Assembly: GCA_964428655.1 (NCBI GenBank)
Contig: CAYRYE010000001.1
Span: 462,158-526,157 of the forward strand
DNA: 64,000 nucleotides
Origin: an uncultured Gammaproteobacteria bacterium
GTDB lineage: Bacteria > Patescibacteriota > Microgenomatia > UBA12405 > JAHJSD01
Reading direction: 5' to 3'
The position numbers and the translations under genes were made by a program. Below are positions 9,094 through 19,870 of this stretch, one piece after another; the first letter of the stretch is position 1; each line of letters begins with the position of its first letter. Below the pieces are notes generated by a model. It saw only the letters and a list, made by a program, of their open reading frames with translations, was not told where the DNA came from and searched no databases.

Positions 9094-9967
9094 GACCAAA
9101 CATATTCCAGTACTTTTAAAAGAAGTTATTGAAACTTTGAAGCCTAAAAAAGGAGAGAAGTACATTGATGCCGCCTTAGGCTTTGGAGGTTATGCTCTAG
9201 AACTTGTTGGCAAGGGTAGTAAGGTTTTGGGGATTGAACTGGACCCTGAGGTTTTAAAGCTAGCCAAGAAGCGTTTCTTTGGATTCTGCCCCAAGGCTTC
9301 TTGGAAATTAATCAGTGGTAATTTCGCTGAGATCGAGAAAATTGCCAGTGAAAATGATTTTTGCCCAGTTGAGGGAATAATCTTTGATCTTGGCATTTCT
9401 CGCTGGCATTACAAACAAGCAGGGAGGGGCTTTTCCTTTAAAGACCAAGAGCTGGATATGAGACTTAGCCCTCATTTAGTAATTAGGGCTTCAGATATTG
9501 TTAATAATTATTCCTATGATCAATTTTATAGAGTCTTTACAAAAATTGCTCAAGAAAAACTGGCTGGGCCGATTGCTCGAGCTTTGGTTCGCGCCCGTCG
9601 TTTAAAAAAAATAGAGTCGGCTAATCAATTGGCTGACTTGGTAATGGGTGTTTATCTTAAACATCGAGTGAGAACAAGGCTGCATCCGGCCACTAAGGTT
9701 TTTCTGGCCCTAAGAACAATCGTTAATCAGGAATTAGAAAATCTGAAATCAGGTTTAGGGGGAGCAATTAAAATTTTAAAAACTAAGGGAAAGTTACTGG
9801 TAATTACCTTTAACTCTAACGAAGACAGGATAACAAAAAAATTTTACAGAACAAAAGAAAAACAAGGCTTAATTAAAACCTTGAAATTGGTTTTCCCAAC
9901 TAAAAAAGAAATTAGAATTAACCCTTTAGCTCGAAGCGCTAAATTAAGAATTGCTGTTAAAACATGA
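9083..9967 (+). CDS. rsmH: 16S rRNA m4C1402 methyltransferase
   Basis: HIPVLLKEV, FDLGIS, LDMR, HPATKVFLALR..VN.EL, NPLARSAKLR. Confidence 0.95.
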   Translation: MRDETKHIPVLLKEVIETLKPKKGEKYIDAALGFGGYALELVGKGSKVLGIELDPEVLKLAKKRFFGFCPKASWKLISGNFAEIEKIASENDFCPVEGIIFDLGISRWHYKQAGRGFSFKDQELDMRLSPHLVIRASDIVNNYSYDQFYRVFTKIAQEKLAGPIARALVRARRLKKIESANQLADLVMGVYLKHRVRTRLHPATKVFLALRTIVNQELENLKSGLGGAIKILKTKGKLLVITFNSNEDRITKKFYRTKEKQGLIKTLKLVFPTKKEIRINPLARSAKLRIAVKT

Positions 9968-10272
9968 AAATTAATTCATCTCTCTTAACTAAATATAGAA
10001 TTAAGGCTTATTTATACTTCCTGAGCCTGGTGGTTCTTGTTAATGTTCTCATCTCTTTGGTAATTAACGCTGATTTGCTGGCCAACCAGAAGAAATACAT
10101 TGATCTGGAAAAATCAATTTCACAGCTAAGAGAGGAAAACAACAAGCTTAATCGCAAACTGGCCCATCTTTCCTCACTAACAATGATAAGCCAAGCCGCA
10201 GAAGAGATGGGTCTTGGCCATGACAAGAAAAATATTGTTTTTGTTTCTAAAAGTCAGTTCGCCAAGCGCTAA
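9964..10272 (+). CDS. ftsL: FtsL-like cell division protein
   Basis: TM helix plus coiled coil, A..MGL motif; between rsmH and ftsI. Confidence 0.7.
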   Translation: MKINSSLLTKYRIKAYLYFLSLVVLVNVLISLVINADLLANQKKYIDLEKSISQLREENNKLNRKLAHLSSLTMISQAAEEMGLGHDKKNIVFVSKSQFAKR

Positions 10273-10274
10273 AG

Positions 10275-12014
10275 ATGGTTAAAAACCGCCTCTGTTTTTT
10301 TCTTCTTGGATTTAATCTTTTACTCTTAATGGTTTTGGCTAGGTTTTTCCACTGGCAAATCATTAATGGCGACCGGCTTTATGTGTTAGCCCAAGGGCAA
10401 AGATTTCAAATATCAGAAATTATCCCTTCACGGGGCAAGATTTACACTGCTGATGATTATCCGCTAGTTTTGAACAAGCCAGCTTTTTCACTTTATGCCT
10501 ATTTGCCCAATATTGACACCGAACCAAATTCTTTGGCTAAAAAGTTGGCGCCGTTACTGGCCGAGCAACAGAAAATTGAAGAATCAACCCAGTCCGCCAT
10601 CAAGGATTACCAAGAATTAGTTGAGGAAGAAACTGAATTAATTAAAGCTAAACTTTCTAGCGGGAAAAAATGGCTGATTTTAAAACGAACTATAGGGGGC
10701 GAAACAAAAGAAACGATCGAGGCTTTTAATATAAAGGGCCTTGGTTTTCAGCAAGAAAGCGACAGGGATTACCCTGAGGCGAGTATGGCAGCTCACTTAT
10801 TGGGATTTGTGGGATTGGATAAAAACTCAAAACCAAAAGGATATTTCGGTCTAGAAGGTTTCTATAACCAGCAGTTATCCGGCGCCTCCGGCTTGATCGT
10901 TGACGAAAAAAACGTTTTTGGCAAGCCAATTTTTTCTGGGAAAAGAGTAGAAGAGGCAATGCAGCCAGGTTTAAACCTGGCTCTTTATTTAGAAAGGCCG
11001 GCCCAGTTTATCCTTGAAAAAGAACTCAAAAAGGGGATTGAGAAATACCAGGCTAAGTCTGGCTGGGGGCTAATCCTTGAACCCTTTACCGGGGGAATTT
11101 TAGCCATGGCTAATTTTCCCGGCTATGATCCTAGGAAATACTCCTCATCTGAAGAAGAATTATTTTCTAATCCAATTGTTGCCGAAGGGTTTGAGCCGGG
11201 ATCAATTTTTAAACCTATAGTTATGGCAGCTGCTTTGGAAAAAGGCGTTGTCAAACCAGAGACTAAGTGTTCCTTTTGTCACGGTCCAAAAAGAATAACT
11301 GATCACGAAATCAAAACTTGGAACAATCAATACCGCCCTAACCCTACCATGAAAGAAGTGATTCAATACTCAGATAATATAGGTATGGTTTTCGTCTCGG
11401 AAAAACTTGGCAAGAAAAATATTTTGGCTTTTCTTAAAAAATTTGGTTTTGATCAAAAAACAGGAATTGATCTTCAGGGAGAGGCCTCACTTTCCATCAG
11501 GCCGGAAAACCAATGGTATCCTCTTGATCTGGCTACGGTTTCCTTTGGCCAGGGCATTTCAATTACCCCTATCCAAATTACTAGGGCTTTTGCCGCCTTA
11601 GCTAACGGAGGGAAATTAATCAAACCCAGAGTAGTGAAGAAAGTTTGGTCCGACGACAACAAAATTGAACTGGTTGAAAAAAGGGGGGAGGAGGAAATAA
11701 TTTCGCCTGAAACTACTGACCAGATAAGAGAAATGTTAGTTAACGCTGTGGAAAATGGAGAAGCCAAATGGATCAAGCCTGAAAGGCTGGTAGTCGCCGG
11801 CAAAACCGGCACTGCTCAAATTCCCATAAGGGGCCATTATGATGAAGAGAAAACAATTGCCTCTTTTATTGGTTTTGCCCCGGCCAACGATCCTAAGTTT
11901 GTAATGTTAATCAGCTTAAGAGAACCGGGCACTTCCCCTTGGGGTTCAGAGACAGCCGCTCCGGTTTGGTTTAGTATCGCCGACCAATTGGCTTACTTAT
12001 GGAATTTGTTATAA
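10275..12014 (+). CDS. ftsI: Class B penicillin-binding protein (FtsI-like)
   Basis: RGKIY, EPGSIFK (SxxK), YSDN (SxN), GKTGTAQ (KTG). Confidence 0.92.
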   Translation: MVKNRLCFFLLGFNLLLLMVLARFFHWQIINGDRLYVLAQGQRFQISEIIPSRGKIYTADDYPLVLNKPAFSLYAYLPNIDTEPNSLAKKLAPLLAEQQKIEESTQSAIKDYQELVEEETELIKAKLSSGKKWLILKRTIGGETKETIEAFNIKGLGFQQESDRDYPEASMAAHLLGFVGLDKNSKPKGYFGLEGFYNQQLSGASGLIVDEKNVFGKPIFSGKRVEEAMQPGLNLALYLERPAQFILEKELKKGIEKYQAKSGWGLILEPFTGGILAMANFPGYDPRKYSSSEEELFSNPIVAEGFEPGSIFKPIVMAAALEKGVVKPETKCSFCHGPKRITDHEIKTWNNQYRPNPTMKEVIQYSDNIGMVFVSEKLGKKNILAFLKKFGFDQKTGIDLQGEASLSIRPENQWYPLDLATVSFGQGISITPIQITRAFAALANGGKLIKPRVVKKVWSDDNKIELVEKRGEEEIISPETTDQIREMLVNAVENGEAKWIKPERLVVAGKTGTAQIPIRGHYDEEKTIASFIGFAPANDPKFVMLISLREPGTSPWGSETAAPVWFSIADQLAYLWNLL

Positions 12015-12029
12015 AATCATTACCGGTAG

Positions 12030-13121
12030 ATGAATTTAAAAGCTACCAAAAAAGGTATTGATTGGACGATATTAGTTTTCGCGCTGGGATTTGTTATCCT
12101 TGGCTTAGTGATGATTGGGGATATCTCCTTAATTGAGGCAGAAATGAACTTTGGTGACAAATTTTACTTTCTTAAACGCCAACTTACCTGGGCTTTATTG
12201 GGAGGGGTTTCATTATTTTTAACCTCCCAGTTAAACTACCACTTTCTAAAAAAGCTTTCTAGGATAATTTTTATCTTAGCCCTCATTCTCCTAGCCTTAA
12301 TTTTTGTTCCTGGGATGGGAATCAGCGCTTACGGCGCCAAAAGGTGGATTAATTTAGGATTTATTAATTTTCAACCGGTAGAATTAATCAAACTATCATC
12401 TATCATTTATTTTTCATCTTTACTCACGCAAAAAGAAAGAAGACCGTTTTGGCAGCAATTGTTTATCCTGTCAGTTCCCGTATTGTTAATTCTTCTTGAG
12501 CCGGATTTTGGGTCAACCGTGTTACTGGTTAGCCTGGTTGGACTGCTTTGGTTCCTGTCGGGAGAAAATCTTGTTCAACTGTTTTCCATAGCAATAATTG
12601 GTTTGGTGGCGGGCGGATTCCTGATTCTCGCTTCTCCCTATCGCAAACAGAGAGTTTTGGGCTTGCTGGACCCGTTTTATGATCCCCAGGGAAAATCCTA
12701 CCACGTTTACCAATTAGTTTTAACTTTAGGGTCAGGCGGGTGGTCGGGTAGAGGTATGGGTAATTCACGCCAGAAATATCGGTATCTCCCTGAAGCGACT
12801 ACCGATTCGATTATTGCTTTGATCGCCGAGGAATTTGGCTTTTTGGGAATAGCCTTATTCTTGTTCCTTTTTGCCTTTTTTATTAAGCGCTGTTTTCAAA
12901 TCGCTAATTCTGTCCCTGATCCGTTTGGTCAACTTTTGGCCAGCGGCATTACGGGATTAATCGCCATTCAGGGAATTATTAACTTGGGAGCAGTAGCGGT
13001 TATCTTTCCTCTGACGGGAATGCCTTTTCCCTTTGTTTCTTATGGCGGCTCCTCCTTGATCACTTTAATGGCAGCCACTGGTATATTGCTTAATATTTCC
13101 CGTTATCGAAAACCGAGATGA
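12030..13121 (+). CDS. ftsW: SEDS peptidoglycan polymerase FtsW
   Basis: GAKRWI, FQPVELIK, EPDFGS, YLPEATTD, PFVSYGGSS; upstream of murG. Confidence 0.92.
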   Translation: MNLKATKKGIDWTILVFALGFVILGLVMIGDISLIEAEMNFGDKFYFLKRQLTWALLGGVSLFLTSQLNYHFLKKLSRIIFILALILLALIFVPGMGISAYGAKRWINLGFINFQPVELIKLSSIIYFSSLLTQKERRPFWQQLFILSVPVLLILLEPDFGSTVLLVSLVGLLWFLSGENLVQLFSIAIIGLVAGGFLILASPYRKQRVLGLLDPFYDPQGKSYHVYQLVLTLGSGGWSGRGMGNSRQKYRYLPEATTDSIIALIAEEFGFLGIALFLFLFAFFIKRCFQIANSVPDPFGQLLASGITGLIAIQGIINLGAVAVIFPLTGMPFPFVSYGGSSLITLMAATGILLNISRYRKPR

Positions 13122-14224
13122 AAAAAATTGTTATTACTGGCGGACATCTAACTCCCGCTTTAGCATTAATCGATGAAATCAATAAAGAAAAGGAGAAGTG
13201 GCAGATATATTATTTTGGTAGAAAATATGCTCTTGAGGGCTTAAAAGAAAAATCTTTTGAATTCAGAAGCGTTTCAGAATTAAAGGAAATTAATTTTATT
13301 CCCATTACTACCGGCAGACTCCAAAGACGGTTTACTTCAAAAACAATCGTTAGCTTATTAAAAGTGCCTTTTGGCTTTTTACAAACCTTGTTTTACCTGA
13401 TTAGAATTAAACCTAACCTAGTTGTCTCTTTTGGGGGTTATCTGTCTGTTCCGGCCGTAATTAGCGCTTCAATGTTAGGAATTCCATCACTCACCCACAG
13501 TCAAACCTCAGCGCTGGGATTATCAGACAAGATTAACTCCCTGTTTGCAAAAAAAATTGCTGTTTCATTTCCGTCAGTCTTAAACAAATTGCCTCAAGAG
13601 AAAACAACTCTTACTGGTAATCCTTTGAGAAAAGAAATCTTTCAAAAAAAAGCGCCGGCAGAATCAGAACTTTTTACCAAATTAAAGAATGAAAAAAAGC
13701 CTCTCCTTTATATCACTGGAGGCAAAACCGGTTCAAAAACCATTAATGCTGTTGTTAAACAGGCCCTTCCGGACCTAACAAAACATTTTTTTGTTTTACA
13801 TCAAATTGGTTTAGACAAAACTGTAGAGCCCATTATGAAAAAAAATTACATTGCCACTAGGTTTATCCAAAGAGAAGACATTGGTTGGGTTCTAAGCAAG
13901 GCTGAGTTAGTCGTATCTCGCTCTGGCATCAACTATGTTTTAGAGTTTGCCTTTTTGGGGAAAAAGGCAATCCTGGTCCCAATTCCCTGGTCTTCGGGTG
14001 ACGAACAGAAAAAAAATGCTCAATTTCTTGTTGAGCTGGGATTGGCAAAAATCATTCCTCAGTCGAAATTAGCCCCCAAGCATTTAGTGAAGGAAGTTTT
14101 GCGATTAGATAAAAAGCCTGTTAATTTAAATTATCCTCTCTGGTGGTCTGAGGTTAATCCCCAAAAGGCAGCTAAGAAAATTTGGCTGTTGGCAAAAGAT
14201 ATCTCAAAGGATCATGAAATTTAA
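13118..14224 (+). CDS. murG: Lipid II GlcNAc transferase MurG
   Basis: TGGHLTPA, SFGGYLSVP, TGNPLR, SRSG, EQKKNA. Confidence 0.92.
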   Translation: MKKIVITGGHLTPALALIDEINKEKEKWQIYYFGRKYALEGLKEKSFEFRSVSELKEINFIPITTGRLQRRFTSKTIVSLLKVPFGFLQTLFYLIRIKPNLVVSFGGYLSVPAVISASMLGIPSLTHSQTSALGLSDKINSLFAKKIAVSFPSVLNKLPQEKTTLTGNPLRKEIFQKKAPAESELFTKLKNEKKPLLYITGGKTGSKTINAVVKQALPDLTKHFFVLHQIGLDKTVEPIMKKNYIATRFIQREDIGWVLSKAELVVSRSGINYVLEFAFLGKKAILVPIPWSSGDEQKKNAQFLVELGLAKIIPQSKLAPKHLVKEVLRLDKKPVNLNYPLWWSEVNPQKAAKKIWLLAKDISKDHEI

Positions 14225-14627
14225 AAGGTTTTTCTTAGCCTTGTTAATTGCTGTTATTGTTTTATTTTTTGAATTCAAACTAATCCCTCTTGTTCTGCAA
14301 AAATCAAGACTCGGACAGCCAAAAATGATTTCTCCCCTGCAAAAAGCAGAAAAAGCTAAGTTTGAGCTAATTTCTGTCTTAAGAGAAACAGGGTTAAAAG
14401 ACGTCCTAGGGCCTTTTACAAAAGAAGAGATTAATGGAATGGAAATAGTTATCCGAGTTAATGATCAACTATTAAAAGTTCTTTTTTCTACCGAAAGAGA
14501 ACCCAGAGCTCAACTTACCTCTTTGCAATTAATTTTGAAAGAGTCTAAAATAATAGAGAGTTTTAACGATGGTAAGCCACCAAAATTAATTGATTTAAGC
14601 AGCGACAAACCATATGTCTCGTTCTGA
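14214..14627 (+). CDS. Hypothetical single-TM protein, possible minimal FtsQ/DivIB
   Basis: In the ftsQ position (murG-X-ftsA); N-terminal TM; C-terminal LIDLS resembles the FtsQ yIDLR end. Confidence 0.55.
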   Translation: MKFKRFFLALLIAVIVLFFEFKLIPLVLQKSRLGQPKMISPLQKAEKAKFELISVLRETGLKDVLGPFTKEEINGMEIVIRVNDQLLKVLFSTEREPRAQLTSLQLILKESKIIESFNDGKPPKLIDLSSDKPYVSF

Positions 14628-15879
14628 TTTAGTTGTTGGCATTGATATTGGAAGTACCAAAATCACTACTTTGGTTGGCCAGTACTTTGCTGAAGAAGAG
14701 AGAATAAATATTATCGGTGTAGCCAATCACCCGGCAGATGGAATTCGGAAAGGGCAAATTGTTGACATTGAGAGAGCCACCGAGTCGTTAATCCAGAGCA
14801 TTGAGGCCGCAGAAAGAATGGCGGGTTACTCGATATCAGAGGCCTTTGTCAGTTTATCAGCACCTCATGTGCAATCAATTAACTCACAAGGGGTGGTGGC
14901 AGTTGCTGACCCCAATGAGGAGATAGTTTCTGAAGATGTCCAGAGAGTCATTGAGGCCGCCAGAGCCATTTCCCTTCCCTCCTCAAGAGAAATTCTCCAT
15001 GTTATTCCCCGCCACTTTACCGTTGACGGAGAAGGGGGAGTTATCGATCCGGTCGGGATGAGCGGCGTTAGGCTGGAAGTTGAGTCTCATATCACTACTG
15101 TTTCTTCCCCTGCGCTTAAAAATTTAAGCAAATGCGTTAATGAAGCGGGCGTGAAGATTATTAGTTTTGTCTTTGCCGGTTTTGCCGCCGCTGAATCAGT
15201 TTTAACCACAACAGAAAAGGAATTAGGGGTAATCCTGATTGACATTGGCGGCGGAGTGACCACAATAACAATTTACAGCGAAGGAGGCCCTTCCTACTCA
15301 AGAGTTATTCCCGTAGGAGCTAAGAACATCACCAATGATCTAGCCATTGGCTTAAGGCTTTCATTGGACGAAGCAGAAAAGTTAAAAATAGCCTTAGACA
15401 AACATAAGAGCGACAATGATGACGATGAAGTCTCCTTAAAAAAATTACAAATAGGGAAAGAGGACAGAAAAATTTCTATAAAAACAGCTCTTGACGGCAT
15501 CGTAGCTCCTCGTCTAAATGAAATTTTTTCCCTAATTGGAGAGGAAATAAAAGAGAGTGGTTTTGGCGGCGCTACCCCAGCCGGATTGGTTCTTGTTGGC
15601 GGAGGGGCAAAAACAACTAACATTAAATATAATTGTCAAAAAATTCTTGGTTTACCGGTAAGGATCGGCATCCCTGAAAAGTTTGGCGGAATTATAGATG
15701 ACATACTTTCCCCGGAATATGCTTCGTCATTGGGATTAATACTCTATGGGATTAGACAAAAACGAACCAGAAAACTTTCACCTCACCGGCTATTTGACTT
15801 AAGTAAATTAGGTAAAAAATTACCCATTAAAGGAGCAATTCAAAAGGTCTCAGACCTATTGCGACCGTTATTACCCTAG
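14614..15879 (+). CDS. ftsA: Cell division protein FtsA
   Basis: [36 protein letters not shown]. Confidence 0.97.
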   Translation: MSRSDLVVGIDIGSTKITTLVGQYFAEEERINIIGVANHPADGIRKGQIVDIERATESLIQSIEAAERMAGYSISEAFVSLSAPHVQSINSQGVVAVADPNEEIVSEDVQRVIEAARAISLPSSREILHVIPRHFTVDGEGGVIDPVGMSGVRLEVESHITTVSSPALKNLSKCVNEAGVKIISFVFAGFAAAESVLTTTEKELGVILIDIGGGVTTITIYSEGGPSYSRVIPVGAKNITNDLAIGLRLSLDEAEKLKIALDKHKSDNDDDEVSLKKLQIGKEDRKISIKTALDGIVAPRLNEIFSLIGEEIKESGFGGATPAGLVLVGGGAKTTNIKYNCQKILGLPVRIGIPEKFGGIIDDILSPEYASSLGLILYGIRQKRTRKLSPHRLFDLSKLGKKLPIKGAIQKVSDLLRPLLP

Positions 15880-15880
15880 A

Positions 15881-17053
15881 ATGGCTTTAGTTGATCCCAG
15901 TCCCAGTCAAGTTGCCACGGTAAAAGTAGTTGGTGTTGGCGGCGCCGGCGGAAACGCAATTAATCACATGATTGACACCAGCCAAATCCAGGGAGTAGAG
16001 TTTATCGCCTTTAATACTGACGCTCAAGCGCTCTTAATATCTAAGTCTGAAACCAAAATTCAAATTGGGGAAAAGACAACCCGAGGCCTAGGTTCCGGCG
16101 GCAAACCTAAAATAGGTAAAAAATCAGCAGAAGAATCAAAAGAGAAAATTAAAGATCTCCTGAAGGGCGCTGATATGGTTTTTATCACTGGCGGAATGGG
16201 TGGCGGAACAGCGAGCGGGGGCGCTCCGGTAATTGCCCAAATTGCCAAAGAAGAACTAGGCGCTTTAACCATTGGCGTTGTTACTAAGCCCTTCATGTTT
16301 GAAGGGACAAGAAGAATGGTAATTGCCGAGGAATCTGTTAATAAACTTAGGGAAAAACTTGACACCTTAATCGTTGTTCCTAACCAGAGATTGATGGAAA
16401 TTGCGGGCAAGAAAATGACTTTGCTGGAAGCCTTTGAACTGGCGAATTCTGTTTTATCTGAGGGAGTCCAAGGGATTTCTGATTTAATCACTACACCTGG
16501 CTTGATCAATCTTGATTTTGCTGATGTTAAGTCAATTATGAAAGATGCCGGAACTGCTCTTCTTGGAGTTGGCTACGGCTCCGGTGAAAATCGAGCCCAA
16601 AAAGCCATTCAAGAGGCCATTTCTTCACGTCTTTTAGATGTCACTATTGAGGGCGCAAGAGGGATCCTTCTCAGCATCAGCGGCGGCCCTGATTTAACCA
16701 TGTCTGAAATAGAAGAAGCAACAAAGAATATTACCAACCAGGTTGGCGGCGATGCCAACATTATTTTCGGGGCTAATATTATCAGCAATATGAAAGGCGT
16801 TAAGATTACCATCGTGGCTACTGGCTTTGATGAAGCTCAGAAAGCGCTGGCAAAACTGGTCAAAAACGATAAACCAAGAATTTCCGGTATTGTTAGCGAT
16901 TATCAGGGGGCAAAAGCTCCTTCCAAAAAAGTTAATAAAAAGAAAACATCAAAAAAGAAAAAAAAGCTGCCTTTTTCTAAAAAAGACCTCCCTGAGGGGG
17001 TTGAAATTACTGATGAATTTGATATTCCTTCATTCTTGAGAAAACAGCAATAA
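15881..17053 (+). CDS. ftsZ: Cell division protein FtsZ
   Basis: [21 protein letters not shown] tubulin signature, INLDFADV, C-terminal DIPSFLRK. Confidence 0.98.
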   Translation: MALVDPSPSQVATVKVVGVGGAGGNAINHMIDTSQIQGVEFIAFNTDAQALLISKSETKIQIGEKTTRGLGSGGKPKIGKKSAEESKEKIKDLLKGADMVFITGGMGGGTASGGAPVIAQIAKEELGALTIGVVTKPFMFEGTRRMVIAEESVNKLREKLDTLIVVPNQRLMEIAGKKMTLLEAFELANSVLSEGVQGISDLITTPGLINLDFADVKSIMKDAGTALLGVGYGSGENRAQKAIQEAISSRLLDVTIEGARGILLSISGGPDLTMSEIEEATKNITNQVGGDANIIFGANIISNMKGVKITIVATGFDEAQKALAKLVKNDKPRISGIVSDYQGAKAPSKKVNKKKTSKKKKKLPFSKKDLPEGVEITDEFDIPSFLRKQQ

Positions 17054-17054
17054 G

Positions 17055-18059
17055 ATGCTTTCAGTTCTTTGCCTATCTCTGCTTAACTTATTAATGCTTT
17101 GGGGTTTAGAAAAAGATTTATTTTGGCGGCAGCTTTTCTTCTGGGGTTTAGGCGCCCTTTTATTTTACTTAGGGAAGAGTTTAGGCGCGAAAGGGCTGTT
17201 TTCTCTGGGGAAAAAAATATATGTATTTGCCATTCTTTTTTTACTGCCTCCCTTGCTCCTTGGCAAAGCAATTCGGGGTTCTTCGCGGTGGATTAACATA
17301 GCCGGGCTTTCTATTCAACCATCAGAATTAGTAAAACCCTTGTTGGTTGGTTTTATTGCTTGGCAACTGACTCGTAGAAAAATTAAGCGATTTGGAGAAT
17401 TAATTCTAATGATTATTACGGCAATCATTCCTGCCCTTTTGATTATGCTTCAACCCAATCTTGGAAGCGGAACTATTGTTTTTGCCACTTTGTTGTTTTT
17501 AATTTTTATTGCCAAACCAGAGCTCAAATGGTGGCTGCCGTTAATATTGATCTTCAGTTTAACTATTCTAATTGGCGGCAATAAACTGTTTCATCCCTAC
17601 CAAGTGGCTAGAATCGAAAGCTTCTTCAATCCTTACCAGGATCCTCTGGGGAAAGGCTATAATTTAATTCAGGCCAAGCTGGCTGTCGGCTCCGGCGGAT
17701 TTTTTGGCAGAGGATTTGGTTTAGGGAGACAAACACAGCTAAAATTTCTTCCCGAAAAACATACTGACTTTATCTTTGCCGCCATTGCCGAAGAACTTGG
17801 CTACCTAGGTGTCTTATTCACTCTTGGCTTTTACGCCTGGTTTTTTTTCTGGCTGCTCAAAAAAGTTTCTTTATCCAAAGATACGCTCACGTTTTACTTT
17901 AGAATTGGTATTTTTTTGCAGCTTTTTATACAAACTACATTAAACATTGCCATGAACCTGCAGCTTTTTCCAATCGCTGGCATTCCTCTGCCTTTTCTCT
18001 CCTATGGCGGCTCTTCATTGATCTCAACTCTTTTTTCCCTAGGACTATTTTTGATGTAA
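17055..18059 (+). CDS. rodA: SEDS protein RodA
   Basis: GSSRWI, QPSEL, GYNLIQAKLAVGSGG, FLPEKHTDFIF, SYGGSS. Confidence 0.88.
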   Translation: MLSVLCLSLLNLLMLWGLEKDLFWRQLFFWGLGALLFYLGKSLGAKGLFSLGKKIYVFAILFLLPPLLLGKAIRGSSRWINIAGLSIQPSELVKPLLVGFIAWQLTRRKIKRFGELILMIITAIIPALLIMLQPNLGSGTIVFATLLFLIFIAKPELKWWLPLILIFSLTILIGGNKLFHPYQVARIESFFNPYQDPLGKGYNLIQAKLAVGSGGFFGRGFGLGRQTQLKFLPEKHTDFIFAAIAEELGYLGVLFTLGFYAWFFFWLLKKVSLSKDTLTFYFRIGIFLQLFIQTTLNIAMNLQLFPIAGIPLPFLSYGGSSLISTLFSLGLFLM

Positions 18060-18084
18060 ATTATATTGTATAATCACAACCGTA

Positions 18085-18438
18085 ATGACTTACGCAATTA
18101 TCGATTTTCAAGGACATCAATACCAAGTAAAAGAAGAGCAGGAATTGATCATTGATCGGTTGAAAGAGAAAGAAGGAAGCGAGATTGAAATTGATAATAT
18201 TCTCCTGATTAATGAGAATGGTAAAATCAAAATTGGTACTCCTTTGGTGAAAGGGGCTAAAGTCACCGCAAAAGTTTTAGAACATTTTAAGGGTAAAAAG
18301 ATTAGGGTTGCCACATACAAGGCTAAATCTCGATACAGAAGAGTTAAGGGTTTCAGGCCTTACTTAACTAAGATAAAGATTAAGAAAATTAAAAGTCCCA
18401 AAAGAAAGATAACCAAGAATGGCAAAAACAAAAGCTAA
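18085..18438 (+). CDS. rplU: 50S ribosomal protein L21
   Basis: [32 protein letters not shown]. Confidence 0.96.
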   Translation: MTYAIIDFQGHQYQVKEEQELIIDRLKEKEGSEIEIDNILLINENGKIKIGTPLVKGAKVTAKVLEHFKGKKIRVATYKAKSRYRRVKGFRPYLTKIKIKKIKSPKRKITKNGKNKS

Positions 18439-18664
18439 GGGCAAAGTTGCTCAAAAAACACCCAGGCCGGGTAAGAGATTGGGATTAAAGATTTTTGGTG
18501 GTCAAAAAGCGGAAACGGGCAATATTATTATCCGCCAGCGAGGCACTAAGTTTCATGCTGGCGATGGAACTCGCTTGGGTCGTGATTTCACCATCTATGC
18601 TGTACGTAAAGGTGTAGTAAAATTTAAAGTAAAACAGGGGAAGAAAATGGTTTGCGTCCTGTAA
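18419..18664 (+). CDS. rpmA: 50S ribosomal protein L27
   Basis: [34 protein letters not shown]. Confidence 0.96.
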   Translation: MAKTKAKGKVAQKTPRPGKRLGLKIFGGQKAETGNIIIRQRGTKFHAGDGTRLGRDFTIYAVRKGVVKFKVKQGKKMVCVL

Positions 18665-18668
18665 CTAA

Positions 18669-19133
18669 ATGGTTGACCTTCAAAATTACAAGAACCTTGA
18701 TCCACTAGCCAGAGCTTTGCTGTTCAGGAATATTAAAGATGAAGAGAAAGTCAGCTATCAAAAAATCGCCAGAAGAATAAAGAAAAGTTCTTCTTATGTT
18801 GCTAATTCAATCAGGCTTCTGAATTTACCAATTGCCATCAAGGACGGAATAATAGGCGGCCTAATCAGCGAAGGTCATGCTCGGGCATTGGTAGCAATAA
18901 GAGATCAGAGAGATTGTGTTGAAATTTATAAAGAAGTTCTTAAGTCTCACGGGTCAGTTAGAGAAACTGAAGAAATGGTCCGTCAAAAGCTTAAAACAGG
19001 TAAAGCTCGTATAAACAAGAGTGCCATAGCCTTGATAAAGAAAAGTTTAGAGAAGATAATTAAGCAAAAATTTAAAGAAATCAAGGTTAAAGAAACCAGA
19101 CGGAAACTGCAAATTACTCTCACCAAACCTTAA
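18669..19133 (+). CDS. ParB/Spo0J-like HTH protein lacking the N-terminal CTPase domain
   Basis: LDPL..A, IARRIKKSSSYVANSIRLLNLP, ISEGHARAL, SVRETE match the Spo0J central domain; no GxRRxRA. Confidence 0.8.
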   Translation: MVDLQNYKNLDPLARALLFRNIKDEEKVSYQKIARRIKKSSSYVANSIRLLNLPIAIKDGIIGGLISEGHARALVAIRDQRDCVEIYKEVLKSHGSVRETEEMVRQKLKTGKARINKSAIALIKKSLEKIIKQKFKEIKVKETRRKLQITLTKP

Positions 19134-19137
19134 ATTA

Positions 19138-19701
19138 CTAGTATTCGCCTTGTTCGACAACTCCTAGGGATTGAACCGGCCAGTAGCGGATTACAGCCCG
19201 GCCAACAATGTTTTCTTTTGGAACCGGACCAAATTCGCGGCCGTCACGAGAATGGGGTCGATTATCACCTAGCACTAAATATTCACCTTCAGATATAATA
19301 ATTGGTTTCCCTTCCCGCAAATAGCTGCCAGGGCTGGTGATAAAATCATCAGGAATATATTCCTCGTCTAAAAGCTCGCCATTGATCCAAATTCTGCCAT
19401 TGAGAACTCTTACTGTTTCTCCCGGCAAGCCAATAACCCTTTTAATATACTCACATTCATCTTCAGCGCAAGGCTCGCTGGGTGGAGCTTTAAAGACAAC
19501 TATTTCACCCCTTTCTGGTTCACGCAGGTGGAAACTGATTTTCTCAGTTAGAAGAAACTCTTTATTTTGAAAATTTGGAAGCATAGAATTTCCATGAACT
19601 TGATTTGGTTGGGCCACAAATAGGTACAAAAGCACAAAAACTGAAAGTGCCAGCACTAAAGCCTGAACTGAATCTAGAAAAAAGCTGAATATTCTCTTCA
19701 T
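19138..19701 (-). CDS. lepB: Signal peptidase I
   Basis: GNSMLPN (Ser), YIKRVIGLPG (Lys), GDNRPHSRDGR; start ATG 19701 or TTG 19707. Confidence 0.95.
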   Translation of the reverse strand: MKRIFSFFLDSVQALVLALSVFVLLYLFVAQPNQVHGNSMLPNFQNKEFLLTEKISFHLREPERGEIVVFKAPPSEPCAEDECEYIKRVIGLPGETVRVLNGRIWINGELLDEEYIPDDFITSPGSYLREGKPIIISEGEYLVLGDNRPHSRDGREFGPVPKENIVGRAVIRYWPVQSLGVVEQGEY

Positions 19702-19755
19702 CGTCAATGCTTCAGTTTATTGCTTTTGATATAATAGTTCAAGAGCTAATTCAAC

Positions 19756-19827
19756 GACTGCTTGGCTCAGTGGTAGAGCGCTTCGTTCACATCGAAGAGG
19801 TCGGGGGTTCAAATCCCTCAGCAGTCA
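19756..19827 (+). tRNA. tRNA-Val(CAC)
   Basis: Acceptor GACTGCT/AGCAGTC, anticodon loop TTCACAT, T-loop TTCAAAT; no encoded CCA. Confidence 0.93.
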
Positions 19828-19870
19828 CAAAAAGAGAGCTTTGTTTGCCTGCAACGGAACTATCTTACAC

